A program made the translations under genes and the position numbers. A stretch of 64,000 nucleotides of DNA from contig MEDY01000047.1 in assembly GCA_001724265.1 (NCBI GenBank), positions 1 to 64,000 on the forward strand. Direction: 5' to 3'. Numbering within the stretch: the stretch's first letter is position 1; every line of letters begins with the position of its first letter. Positions 36,220-49,091 of this stretch are shown here, piece by piece. Below the pieces are notes generated by a model. It had not been told where the DNA came from. It saw nothing but the letters and a program-made list of their open reading frames with translations, and searched no databases. This stretch comes from Rhizaria sp. SCN 62-66 (taxonomy: Eukaryota).

Positions 36220-37304
36220 GGAACGCGCGCTCGACACTGTGAATAAAAAAGAAAAACTATAATGTGCGGAAATACAAACAGGTTTGATTTGAGGGTGAGT
36301 TGACGAACTAGAGGACGGGGAAAGGTGAATTGTAAACGGTCGATTCGATGCTGTTGTCAGCTGGTCAGGCTCGAGAGCGGCACCACCGAGTACGGACGAA
36401 GAAGCGTCCAAACACATCCTTAACATTCATGCTTCCATATGAAATTTTGGTATGGTCTCGAATAGTTGAATTTCAATCAAAACATAACAAGCCGAAGGCG
36501 TGGTTACTTTTTAGCTCTCTACTAACTCGATTAAGAATTTCGCGCTTCGGGAGGCGTTGCTGAACATCTTGAATTTACAGTTTTGTTTCATAATACAGGT
36601 GTGTGTGGAGTTATTATTACGGCGTGGCAAAATTTCTTGTTGATTGTATGTATAAATATTATTTATTATATTATAGCCTCAAAAAACACGCGACTATCTC
36701 GGAAATTCCACTGGCGTCAGTAGGGGAAGCTTTGAGAGCGGTGCGCCCCACGCTTCTCGGCACATCCCGCGATGTTCACGTCTTCTTTTGCAAAGAATGG
36801 AAACAATGGACAAGCATCGGATAATAGAGCCCACTATCTGGCTCAAGGTTCGTGCGCGGCACCACAGTCTTCACAACTAAATCACACCTGCGAGAACGAG
36901 GACGCAAAAGAGTGGTCACCGACCGACTAAAAGGATTACTCCGCCTGAGTAAGTTGCAACACAGCTCAATTCGATATATACGAGTCGTAAGAGTGCGTAA
37001 CTCGGTCGGTTGGAGCTGTTTTATCACTGGTATAGTATACGCCCATATGCACACACTGTCCCGCCTTAATGTGCATATGCCGTTATTCAAGTAAAGTATC
37101 GACGCAAGAATGATGAAATCACAATTTCCAGTCTGCTGTATTACGATTACGAGTACTGTTTCACTGATCCTTGCAGCAGACACATTGATTTATATATACA
37201 TATCCTCCAAAATAAGAGTGATTTAAATAAAGTTACTCACACCATAAGATGCGCTGAAGAAACTAAGACAAGACACACGAGTACGTATCATCGCGTTGTT
37301 TCGC

Positions 37305-40300
37305 TTACTTGCGCTTGCTGGCCGCGGCCGCGCCCTTGCCCTTGCCCGCTGCCGCCGCGCCCTTGCCCTTCCCTGCCGCCGCAGTCGCCGTCTTGCGGCC
37401 CTTAATGCCCTTAGTCAGCACTGGCACCTCCTTCGTGGCCTGCGCGGCTAAGTACCCCTCCACACTGGGCATCTTGAGCCCGTCCGCCAGCGCCGCCTCC
37501 AGCTCGTCGAGCTCGCGCAGCCACAGTGACTGCGGGGTGCTGCCCTCTAAGTCAGCGACGGCGGCCGCGATCGTCGCGATTTCGCGCGCCAGCGCGGCCA
37601 GACGCTCCTCACTGAGGGAAGACATCGGCATGTTGAGCAAGTAGTCGAAGTCGCCGCCGCGCACGGCGACGCCGGCCGCCGTAGTCGCGATCACACTGCT
37701 GTCATCGCCGTCAACTGCAGCACCGCTAGCTGCGCTATTGCTGTTCGCGGCCGATGTAGGCTTGACATTGGCAAAGCTCGTGCTATTGTTGCTACTGTTG
37801 CTGTTGTTGTTGTTCGCGGCATTGGCAGAGATGGGCCGGAGGCCGAACTTGACAAGATCCTTGATAATCTCCGTCTTCTTCCGCTTCGAGAGCACCAACT
37901 CACCCGAAATCACGAGCTGGATGAACTTCATGCGATCGCCCGCCTTGTCGGCCTGTGAGCGTAGCACGGCCAACTGGTGCGCACGGCGCTTTGCGTATAA
38001 CGCCAGGCGAACTGGCACAAACGCCGACATCACGGCCTCGGGAGAGTCGAAAAGGGAGATTTTGCCCTGGGAGTCAAAGAGGTGCATGTTCGAGGTCAGG
38101 AAGGAGGTTGTGAGGCGGAAAGCGGCCGCAACGCCCACTGCGTCCACGTACTCAGCCTAAGGAAATAGCAAAAAGTTGATAAATGACAACATAGCGAGCG
38201 TAAAGTGAGCTTAATTGAGATAAGAACTTGATTGGAGATGAAAAACGTAAACTTTAATACCGGACGTCAATTAAATGTTAAAGAATTAAAATTACACAGA
38301 GATATCTTTGTTTGAAGATTTAACTGAAGACGTACCTGGTCGGGGGACAGACTGACGCGGAAGCGCACAGTGTTCTCAGTGTGGTGTTCAGAGAAGCCTG
38401 CAATGGTGAAACCGGACGTGTTAGTAGCGGCGTCACTGGCAGCCGCGGCACCGACGACCTTAGGATCAAGCAGTGTGCACAGGAAAGCCTTGTACTGAGC
38501 ATTCCTGTGAGAAGTAAAAAGACAAAAAATCAGGCAAGTTGCATTATAAAGTACAATGTACAATATGTGAGCGAGTATCACTGGAACAAAAGAAAATGAT
38601 GCATTTAATAATCTGAATACTAAGAACAAAATATATTCATGATCAGCGCGTATCTGGTGGAAATATCATGTCTACGAAGACGTACCAGACTCCCCAGGGC
38701 AGTTCCGTGATGTCCACCGTCATCCCGTCCACGCCGTTCTTAACGATGTTAAACGAGCCCTCGGTGATAAACCGGTGCGCGTTCGCGGGGTCGGGTGACA
38801 CAGTTCCCGTGAAGCCCCAGGCCCAGGGCAACATCGGCACCACTGGACGCTTCGCCAGCAGCAGGCGCAGATTCGAAATCAGCTGCAGAGGGTGGTACGT
38901 GGGGACGGAAGTGCTGAAACCTGTGCCGATACCCTCAGTGCCGTTGCACAGCACCAGGGGCAGGATGGGCACGTAGTGGCGTGGTTCGACCGGGTCGCCG
39001 TCGTCGTCGCAGTAGTCGAGCACGGCGTCGTCCTCGGGACGGAAGATCTTGCGCGTAAACGGCTGTAGTATGAAACGAAAAGCAAGAGCAAGATGAAGCA
39101 AAGCAATTGAGATTTAAAATATATAGCGTCGGAAAACTGGGAAATCCGTGCCCAAGGATACAGTCAGATATATCCGCAAATGGTCGTTTTCATCGAGATG
39201 GTGTGTTGTTCTATAACCGTCGATGCGCAATACTAATCTTTGGTTAGAGAAAGGTAAAAGTGCGTACCTGGAGCTTTGTGAAGATATAACGCGGCGAGGC
39301 AGCGTCCTTACCACCCATATGCCGCGTGCCGAACTGGCCAATCGGCGCCAACAGCGGGAGATTGTTGCTAAACACGAAATCCTGCGCCATGTTGACAATG
39401 GTCGAGTTGAGCGACTGCTCGCCGTGGTGGTAGCCGGTATGTTCAGCGACGTAACCGGCCAGTTGGGCGACCTTGATCTCCTGGGTCAGGTTGCGCTTGA
39501 AGCACGCGTACAGGATCTTGCGCTAAAAGGGCATTGGAAAAAGAAAAGATATTAGTTAAGAAACAGGCAAAACTTTGAAGAATACATCCACCGAGCAATA
39601 GAACGCTGAATTGTAACATATTTTGATAAATTACACATTCTTGGTGTTGTTTCCGTAAGATATTATGCCGTACCTGACCGGGCTTGAGACCGTCAACAAG
39701 CGACGGAATCGAGCGCACCGTATCGGCACGCGAGAAATGCACTAATTCACGGTTCACGAACTCTGTGATCCCCATCCGACCGGCAGTGACCGTGGGCACG
39801 AGCTCCCCACCTTCAGCGTCGAGCCCTTCTGCCAAGAGCCATGACTTGCGCTCGTCGGCCTTGGCCTTGTTGAACGCCAAGTCAAGCGCCTTGACCGACG
39901 ACTCACCCTGTGTGATACGAAAGCAAAATCAACAAAGCAATAGGTATATCGCGACAATATGAGTCTAGCATAGCATACTAAGAAACAAAAATCCAAACAT
40001 ATAATGCAATTATTAAACTAGAGATAACATTTTTTACATTCTAATAATAGATATGCTTTGAGAGTGTTCGTTATAAATGTCGTACCTGGTGGGCGAAGGA
40101 GATGACGTGCGAGGCGAGGCGCGAGAAGTAGTCACGGCCTTCTGCCGCAGTGCTGGTACCCAGACCCTTGTAGTACTTGATGCGGAAACGGCGCAGCTGG
40201 TCCTCTGTGAGTGCGTTCTTCCACTTGTAGTAGTCGGGCAGAGAGTAGAAGCTCAGCGCAGTGTTGTCTTTCTTACTCCCCGCAGTCGCGCCGTTTTGAC

Positions 40301-43217
40301 TGGGCGCGTTGTTGGAGCTCGACGCGGTTGACCGTGAAAGCACAGCAACGTCTTTATCTTTGCTGCTCGTGGGCGTCGCCTTAACGATGGGGGTGATGAA
40401 CTCCTGCATAAACGCGTTACTCTGAAGCAGCGAAGGCCAGAAGCAGTCGATCATGTTGAGAAACAGTCCCTTGATGTGGGATCCGTCGTGGTCTTGATCG
40501 GCCATGAGCATGACGCGGCCGTACCGCAGTCCGCGGCGCGCGGCCTCGGTGCTGTAGTCTTCGCCGATCTTCAGACCGAGGATTTCGGCCACTTCGGTCA
40601 GTTCTTTGTTCTTTTGCACCGCCGCGACTGTCGCGTCGCGCACGTTAAGCAGCTTGCCGCGCAAGGGGAAAACGCCGAACTTCTCGCGGCCGACGACAGC
40701 GAGGCCCGATAACGCCAGCGCCTTCGCGGAGTCACCCTCCGTGAGGATCAGCGTGCACTCGTGCGAGCGCGGCGTGCCGGCCAAGTTAGCGTCGTCGAGC
40801 TTCTCGATGTTCAAGTGCTGGCGGCGGCCCGTGCGCGCGCCCTTGCCCAGCGCAGAGACGAGCTTGCGGCGCTCCTCGCGAGCCTGGCGCGCGCACAGCA
40901 CATCCGCCACAGCCTCACACACGCCGCTCGTGCGCGCGATGCGTTCGAGAAGCTTCGTGGGCAGCTCGGGCGCGGAGACCGCGGAGGCGGCGGCGGCGGC
41001 CGCCGCCGCGGGGGTCGAGGGGGCGAAACCGACGCGGCGGGCTGGAGACTGGAGCGGGGTGAGCAAAACGTCCTTGGTTTGCGAGTCGAAAGAAGGGTTC
41101 GGGATGAGGCAGGAAACTAGCAAAGTCATGTGCGCGCGCACGAGTCCCAGCGGTACATCGGAGTCGGGGTCCAGACCGAAGCGGCGGCGGCGGCGGCCCT
41201 CGGTCATGTACGCGGCCAAATACCGCGCAACCTATTGGGTTAGAACAAAGATCAACAAAAATTTTGAAAAGAGAATTGTTAAAAATATTATCAAAGATCC
41301 AGAGAATGGCAATCAATCAACTTGATAAAAGAGATATCATTGTAAAAGTGAAAGACGTACCTGGTCGGAAATAAAGGACACGTGCGTGCCACCACGCGCA
41401 GTTGAAATACCGTTAACAAAGCTAATTTGCCGCATTGCACCCTGCATCTGCTGCGCCTGCGCCTGCGCCTGCGCCTGCTGCTGCTGGGCGGATAACGCCG
41501 CACCACTGGGTGAGAACATGTCTTGGTAGCGCGGGCCGACCGCGATTAGCCAGTGATCGTTCACTTCAGCGATGGTTAACTTGCCCTTTTGAGCGCTCGC
41601 CTCGGCCTCGAGCGCGGCGGCGGCGATGGCGGCCTCCACGGAGTCGTCGAACTCGGCGGCCTCAGCGGCTTCGGCGGCCTCGGCAGAGGCGTCGGCCGCG
41701 TCGGCCTCTGAGCTGACGCCGACACCGCTGATGCCGCAAAACGCAGGGGTGATAGCCAAGTAGTCGCTGAACGAGTTAATAGGGACGCGGTGGCCGTCCA
41801 GTGTGACCTTGACACCGCTGGGGCCGAGACAAGCCGCGGCGTCGAAGACACGGCGCCGCATCAACCGCAGGGTGTCGTCGGGCAGCGGCAGCGTTTTGTT
41901 GGCGCCGCCCTTGGCGTTATTGACGCGGAAGAAGCGCGCTAGGTCGGGGGTGAAGCTGATCTTGGTGCTGCTGGCCTTGGTACCGGCGGGGGCCGCTGTG
42001 ATCACGGGGGGGTGGATGACCGAGAGATTGCGGTCAAAGACCTGAGTATAGACCTTGCCGCGTTGCGCGTCGACAATCTCGAGCGAAAAACGCGTACTGA
42101 AGATGTTTGTGAGTTTGGCGCCGAAGCCGTTGCGGCCGCCGGTAAAGCGCGCGACCGTGTCGTCGTAGTTTGATGACGTCAGCAAGTGTCCGAAGATGAG
42201 CTCGGGCACCCACAGTCCCTCGCTCTCGTGAACCACGATGGGGATGGCGGCGCCGTCGTTGCTCACGGTCACGGTCCCGTCGGCGGGGTTGATCGTAACG
42301 GCCACGGAGGACATCTTGGGGGCGCCGGCGGGCACTGGGCGGTGCACGTTGTCGCATGCGTTGACGAGAATCTCGTCAAAGATCTTGAAAAGTGCGGGGA
42401 CGAACGTGACAACGGACTCGACGATGCGGCAGCCAGCGAGGTCTTTGGCGGACTTAAGCTTCTTGAGGCTCGATACACCGCCCGGAGTCACAACAGCGCC
42501 GGCCGAGGCTGCAGCAGCAGCAGCGCCGGCGCCGGGACCGAGGGGGGCGTCGGAGGGCTCGGCCAGCACCCAGTGCGTCTCCGTGACGGGGTCAAACGCG
42601 CCGAGGTACGGGTCGGGGCGGGCGAGGATGTGCTCACGTTGGGAGAGCTTCTGGTACTGGGACGACGCGGCGGCGTCTTCGGCGGCGCTGAGACTGCCGG
42701 GGGCAAGAGACACAGCAGCAGCAGCGGCAGTCTTAGGGGCAGCAGTCGCAGTCTTGGCAGCAGCAGCAGGCTTTGCGGGAGCCTTCGTTGCTTTCGTCGT
42801 CGTCGTCGTCGCAGCCTTTGCGGCGGGCTTCGCAGCGGCCTTGGGGGCGGCCTTAGCAGTCTTGGCGGTCTTAGCAGCGCTGGCGGCGGTCGCGAAGGGC
42901 GCGTAGATGACGGAGCCGAGAGCAGCGCTGTAAACCGTCGTTGCAGCCATCGAGGCTGCTGCGGACGACGGCAAGAGACGGCTGCGGAAGAGAGACGTAT
43001 GTGCCGCGCATGCAGACGGCGCAGGGAGTGGGCATATGAGCGAGGAGTACTCGCGCTGAGGCCCCGAGAGCATTGGCGTGAGAGCGGAGCCGTCTGCGCT
43101 GGATACAGAGCTTGCTGTAGTAGCTGCAGCTGAGGCTGAGACTACGGACCTGGAGAGGAGCTGCGAGAACAGGCCGGGGCCGGGGCCACGGCACAGCGTG
43201 GGGGCAAGCGCAAACAT
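37305..43217 (-). CDS. TOP2: DNA topoisomerase II (eukaryotic type IIA), ~1629 aa, probably organelle-targeted
   Basis: Seven exons joined in frame: 43217-41361, 41231-40086, 39907-39674, 39522-39268, 39062-38686, 38504-38336, 38156-37305. Motifs: [104 protein letters not shown], catalytic ASPRYIFT. Ends TAA. Confidence 0.96.
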
Positions 43218-43783
43218 CGCAGGCAGTGGCTACCTAAAGCTAGAAGCTAAGGATGCGGCGCAAGTGCGCTGAAAAGGGGCTAGCAAGCAGGAAAGCGGGA
43301 GCGAAGTTAAAGGGCAATGACGAAGGCGTGAAGACGGGTCAGAAACAGGCTAGATAACGTGAGTATCGCTAGCTATAGACAATCAATTAAAATATTATAT
43401 AAGGAAGCTAAAATCAGCTGCTATATGCACTAGACATGCGTTAAACAAAGGATGAAATTAGTCCGATTTCATGTTGCGGATTACGCTGTACTCGCGTTCG
43501 GTCTCTCGGCGAGCAGACTGGGAGACCGGGGAACTTGACCGACGAATGCACAAATCACGCGATATGCATGGCAATATCAAGACCGATGATTTTATAAATG
43601 CTATCCTGAGAATATTATGGACTTAAAAAGTGGAAAATATCGGTCACATTGTATTTCCGCGCGAACTCAGCACGGTGCACCGCATTATATAATAAAAAAC
43701 CGCGTCACTCACAGTGAAGCGCATTGTAATTTGTGTTTGCGAGAGCCAAATTTCACATTAAAAGCCCTCGAGGGTAAGGTTCT

Positions 43784-43809
43784 ATCATCATCATCATCAT
43801 CATCATCAT
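43784..43809. repeat. (ATC)n intergenic microsatellite, ~8 units
   Basis: Seen directly. Confidence 0.9.
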
Positions 43810-43938
43810 TGCCCAACCCAACTTGTGTTCGTGCGAGGAATCGAACTTAGCACCTAGAACTGAGTTCGCTTGCATCGTGAGCAAAATTTAAGTGTTTGCA
43901 AGATACGCTGAGCTAGCTTCTTGATTCTAGCTTCTTGC

Positions 43939-44970
43939 TTAGTAGGGCCAGACGTATCCGTAGACGTCGTAGATGCCATCGGGGATCTTATCCGCGCGCA
44001 TCCGCTTGACAACCTCAACGATCGACGCCGCAGACTGAGCCGGGTCAACGGGGGCCTTCATGCTGCCCGCCGAGCCCATGTCCGTATCGACCCAACCCGG
44101 GTGCACCGCAGCGAACGCGATGCCGGGATTCTCCAGCGCGGCGGCCACGACGAAGCTGTTCACGGCGGCCTTGGACGCGCGGTAGCCGGGCAGGTACGAC
44201 GCCATCATCGTGGCCGTGGAGGCCATCATCGAGCTGATGGTGACAACCTTGACAGGGGACGCGGCATAGGCAGCGATGTCAGCCTCGGACGACGCCTGCG
44301 GAGTCGCGGCGGCAGCGGCGGCGACGCGACGGGCCAGCGCGGCGAGGACGTCGCGACGCTCAACCAGGGACGTGTTGGGGCCCGCGGCGATGGGCTCACC
44401 GGTGAGAGGGTCGTTGCCGTAGCTCGCGGTGAGGGGCTTGAGGCCCTTATCGGCGACGTACTTAGCGACCGTCGCCTTGAGCAGAGGCGTGAAAGCGGAA
44501 GCGATGATGATGGGCGCAAATGCGTTGACGTCAAAGACGGTGGCGAGGTCGGCGCGCTCGACGTTGCCGACGCAAGGGTGGGTGCGGGACTCAGAGACGC
44601 CGGCGTTGTTGACGAGGAGATCAAGGCGGCCGTAGTCCTTCTCCACAGTCGACACAGCGGCCTTGATCGAGGCGTCGGAGGTGACGTCGAGGACGATGTG
44701 GCGCAGGCGGCCGTTGGAGGAGGCGATAAGCGCGGCGAGCGCGGCGGGGGGCTCAGCGGAGCGCGTGGCGGCGAGAACAACGCTGCCGGCGCCGGCGGGG
44801 ACGACGGGAGCGGCGAGTTCGAGAGCACCGCCGTCGGCGACGCCGAAGAAAGGCGCAACACCGGCGGGAGCGGCACCGGCGGCAAGCTGGGCCACGAGGG
44901 CAAGACCGATGCCGCGGGACGCGCCGGTAACGAGCGCAACGTACGAGTACTGGTTGTCAGAAGCAGACAT
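43939..44970 (-). CDS. Short-chain dehydrogenase/reductase (C-factor/sniffer-like), intronless
   Basis: VALVTGASRGIG, LDVT, LDLLVNNAGV, YRASKAAVN, VHPGWVDTDMG, and the family-typical end G.YD..G..WPY then TAA. Start could be 44988. Confidence 0.93.
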   Translation of the reverse strand: MSASDNQYSYVALVTGASRGIGLALVAQLAAGAAPAGVAPFFGVADGGALELAAPVVPAGAGSVVLAATRSAEPPAALAALIASSNGRLRHIVLDVTSDASIKAAVSTVEKDYGRLDLLVNNAGVSESRTHPCVGNVERADLATVFDVNAFAPIIIASAFTPLLKATVAKYVADKGLKPLTASYGNDPLTGEPIAAGPNTSLVERRDVLAALARRVAAAAAATPQASSEADIAAYAASPVKVVTISSMMASTATMMASYLPGYRASKAAVNSFVVAAALENPGIAFAAVHPGWVDTDMGSAGSMKAPVDPAQSAASIVEVVKRMRADKIPDGIYDVYGYVWPY

Positions 44971-45444
44971 GTTTTGAGCTGTCGTCATCAAAAACGAGTG
45001 AGGTGTGGTCAGTTTGCATCATGGAAGAATTGAGTAAGTAAATGAGGGTGTAATGGAAAAACAAATATTAATTACAATATGTACATTAACTGAATAGTGT
45101 CTACAGATAAGGTTAGATCCCAACACGGATCTCTTCGTTGTTTTATCATCTTGATATGAAAGCCCGTCTTTGACCCCCCTCGTCTGCCACTTTTGCATAT
45201 CGCCGATAGTTTCGTGGTGGACAGGCAAGTTCGCGAACGAAACGACGTCGCTTTTTGACGACAGAGGCCAAAGTATAATAAAAATGCAGATACCTCCATT
45301 TATTTGTTCGGGGACATGTTAAAAACCTAATCATACTACAATAACACATGGGACTGCATATTCGGTGCAAATCGTCGGCGCAGTCACATTGCTCACTAAC
45401 TTACACCCTCGTCACTGTCACACAGGGAACTCAAGGAACTTCGT

Positions 45445-48400
45445 TTACTTCTTCGCGGCCGCCTTGCCCTTGGCGCCGGCCTTCTTCTTGGGCGTAGCGG
45501 CCTTCTTGGCCATCGCGCGGGCACACCGGGTGCAGGCACATTCGAACAAGTAGTCGTTGAGCTGCTCCAGACGCTCGCGGCGCAGCATCGTGTCCTTCGA
45601 ACAGAGAAAAAGAACAAGCAAAGATAGAATATGTGAGGACGAAAACAATGATTGATCGGAATAAAAACATAAATTGTCGCTATAAAACATCGAGTCCTAT
45701 CTAAATGCCAGGAAATATTTGCTGTGAAGTCAAAAAAAGATATGATGTTTTTTCATCATAGTCAATGAAAGATAGACGTACCTCGCCCTCGATGTAGGAG
45801 ATGCAGAGCTCCTCCCCAGCCTCAATCGCCCGCAGCGCAACAAATGCGCTCATATCATCGCGTCCGTCTCCGGACTTGATGACCGCGACATTGGGCTCGC
45901 ACGAGTGGTTCATACAACACGCCACGCCGTACAGCCCCGTGCCAGCGGGGTGTTCCTGCACGCGGCGGGTCAGGTTCGCCCACCGCTGCGTGCCCATGTG
46001 CGTCTTGACGGCCGCGCGACGGCGCTTGAGCGAGGCCACGAACGCCTCCTCGGAGCTGAGCTCAATCTTGAGATCGTCAGCGGACGACGCGTCAGTAGCG
46101 CTCTTGGCGGCGTCCTTGGGCTTGGGCTCGATGCCGAGCGCGGGGGCGGCGGCGAGAGTCTGCTTCCAGACCTCCGCATCCGGGTGGTTCTGCGGAATCG
46201 ACACGGCGAGCAGTGAAAGACGCGCGAACATGGCCGAGAGATCGTACTCCGCCATCTCGCCCGCAGCGAACTCGCAGTAGTCCTGCGCGCCGGCGCGCGC
46301 GGCCATGCCGATATTGTTCATCTCGAACGCGCCCATCACCAGCCCGACGATGAACGGCGACGCGAGCTGTGCGGGGGTGCTGAGGGCGGAGAAGTAGCGC
46401 ACACGCGAGGCGACGTCGTTGACGGAAGCGAGGAGCTCGGGCATCGTCTCGAAGCGCGGGATCGCAGACGCAACACGCGTACTCACGGCTACGGGTGCCT
46501 CAGCATTCGCAGTGGTCGCAGTGGCCTCGGCGTTGTTGATGTAGGCCGGGTTGGGCACGACGGTGTCCGCGGCGGGCTCGGCAACAGGGAGACCGACCTC
46601 AGCACATACAGCGAGCGTGTACCGGTGCAAGAAGGGGCGGATGCGCCGCGATGCGGTCGAGACGAGGCCGAAAAGCTCGTGCTGGAATGCCTCGGCGCGC
46701 TCGGCGGCCTTGGCTTCCTTCTCGGCCTTGGTGAGCTTGGTCTTGGGCGCGCAGGCGGAGCCGCAGGAGCCGCCCGGTCCGCAGCAGTCCTCCTCCTCCT
46801 CGGGCGGGCACGAGACCTGGAGCCACCAGGGCGCCTGTGAGAAGACCATCACAGGGCCCAGCGCGCGCAACAGGGCAGCGCGGGACGCAGCCGCGAGCAG
46901 GGCAGCCTTGGAGCCGTCTCCACTGCTGCTGCTGCTGCTGCTGTTGTTGGTGAGGGAGAGAGAGGTCAGGCTGCTGTCGAGCGAACTGGTCGGGTTGGTG
47001 CTAGAGTTGACGGTGGCGGCGGCGGCGCGGAGGTGGGTCGCCCAAGACACGGCGACGGTGGCGAGAAGCTTGGCAACGAGGTAAAACATCGGGTTCGTGT
47101 AGTTGGCAAACTTGCGGAGCGACGTCAACAGCGCGGCCTGTGACTTTGACGCGGTGCGGCGGTCAGTCGCGAGGTCAGCGTTGTTCTCGTCATCGCCCTC
47201 AGCGTCACCGTCGTCGTCGTCGTCGTTGTGGTCGAATACACCGGCGTTCTCGTCGTCCTCCTCGTCTTCGTCCTCGTCCTCGTCCTTCTTGGTCTTAGCA
47301 ACGACCTCCTCAGTCTCCTCAGCCTCAGCCTCAACCTCAGCCTTAGCTTGAGCCTCAACCGCGTTGTTTTGACAGCAGGCAGCGGGCGTCGGCTGGGCGT
47401 GGTCGTACGAGTGGTCGTGGCCGTCGCCGACGCAGGGACCGTGGCCGTGGCCGTGACCATGGCCGTGGCCGTGGCCGTGGCCGTGGCCGTGGCCGTGGCC
47501 GTGACCGGGGCCGTGAGCGTCAGCGCCAGAGCAGCAGCCTTCCTCCTCCTCCTCCTGGCACGCCTTAGCACAGGCACTAGCACAAGCAGCAACAGTTTTC
47601 TTAGCAGCAGCAGCGACAGAAGAGCATGTCTTGGCGGCACTAGAGCACGCAGAGTGATTGTGATGAGTGTTGGGCGCAGGGGTGACGAAGACGATGCCGT
47701 ACTGAGCAAACGCGGCCTTCTGGCACTTGTCAGAGCAGTAAACCTACAGTGTGTGTGAGAGGCACAGTCGAAACAGTTAAGAGTGAGCAGTTGAAGACAT
47801 AGTAAAGCATAAATATACGTCAACCATGAGAAGAAAAAGAGAAAATCAATTTTAAAAAGAATATGTGCGAAAATGAGCATGCGTACCTCACCGGTGCCGT
47901 TGGGGCACTGCACAGCGTTCAGGATCTCGATAACCTCGTCGCCAAAGTCCCCCGTCTCGTTCTTCTCAGCACGTTCGCGCTCAATCTCCGCATACCGCTG
48001 CAGCGCGGCGACGAGCGCAGGCGCGTTAAAGCCCGTCTCCTCGTCCTCGCCGTCCTTGCCGACCCCACCCGCCCGGCGGCTCTCCGCGGCCTCGGCAGCG
48101 CGCAGGCGGGCGTAGGCCAGTGCGCCCTCGCGGAACGGCAGCGGCTCGTCCTCGGCCGCGGGGGCGGGCTCGCCGCGCTGGACGTGCGCCATGGCAAGCT
48201 TGCGCTGCTTCTTCATCAGCGTGGCGAACCGCGCGGCCTGGGCCTCGAGCGAGCCGAGCGCGCGCATGCAGCCGTCGCAGGTGCGGATGAAACGGGTCGA
48301 GTCGCGCTCGGTCATGCCGACAAGCTTGCGCTCCAGGAACACCTCCTGGCCCTCGGCGATCGCGGCGCCCGCGTAGAGACCCTTGCCGCGGAGCGCGGAG

Positions 48401-48573
48401 GAGGAGGCGTCCTCGTCGTCACCGTCCTCGGCCGCAGTGGAGGGCTTGGCAGCAACAGCAGCGGAGTCGACGCCGGAGACGTAGACGGCGCCGGCGTTGG
48501 CGGGCAGCGCGGCGACAAGCGCGGCGTAGTGCGCCGCGGCGTCAAACGGCGCGACAATCTGCGTAGACGACAT
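45445..48573 (-). CDS. SMYD-type (split SET + MYND-like) lysine methyltransferase, SMYD5-like, ~932 aa
   Basis: Exons 48573-47887, 47743-45782, 45594-45445. RGKGLYAGAAIAEGQEVFLE, CDGCMR, C....EVYCSDKCQ, GTGLYGVACCMNHSCEPN, ALRAIEAGEELCISYI, post-SET YLFECACTRC. Ends TAA. Confidence 0.9.
47439..47506. repeat. (GGCCGT)n hexamer repeat encoding (Gly-His)11 in the SMYD protein
   Basis: Seen directly; reads GGC CAC repeats in the exon 2 frame. Confidence 0.9.
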
Positions 48574-49091
48574 GCGCACGCAGTCTGTTCTGAGGGTGGC
48601 GACAAGACGGGAGAAAGTGCAGATGGGTGGGACAAGTGCGGAGTAACCAGAAGATGAGCTTTAGGGAAAGTTATAAAGAGTTCCAGGCGGAAATAAATTT
48701 ATATTCGTAAGTGACAAGATGGCTGATTGTCGAATCATATAGTCATGAGCCAGCTGAAATGATATAACTAATGATAGATATGAAAAGCGGAACGATGCGC
48801 GGCGCATCAAGGAGGCTGGGTGGGACTGACGGCGTTTCGCAAGGAGTATCATGCACCAGCCCATGACCGTCAACCGGACTGCTGAAAAGTGATTAATAGC
48901 TTAGATAGAGCAATGTACTTATATTTAAAAAGCTTATCTCTCACTGTTCTATCTCGGTCACGTTTGACCTCGTTTCCACTTCGTCTCGGCTCGCGCCCGA
49001 TTAGCTCTCGGCCCGAACCTCCGGACTCCTCTCCGTCCTCCGTCTCGACACACGAACTCTGACTGAAGCCGTCTTGCCGCGATCCTACTCT
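48574..49091. promoter_or_regulatory. Probable bidirectional promoter region (SMYD / PfkB head-to-head); similar arrangements at 54085-54709 and 59487-60217
   Basis: Divergent start codons 0.5-0.75 kb apart with lower-GC spacers; no specific motif identified. Confidence 0.45.
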
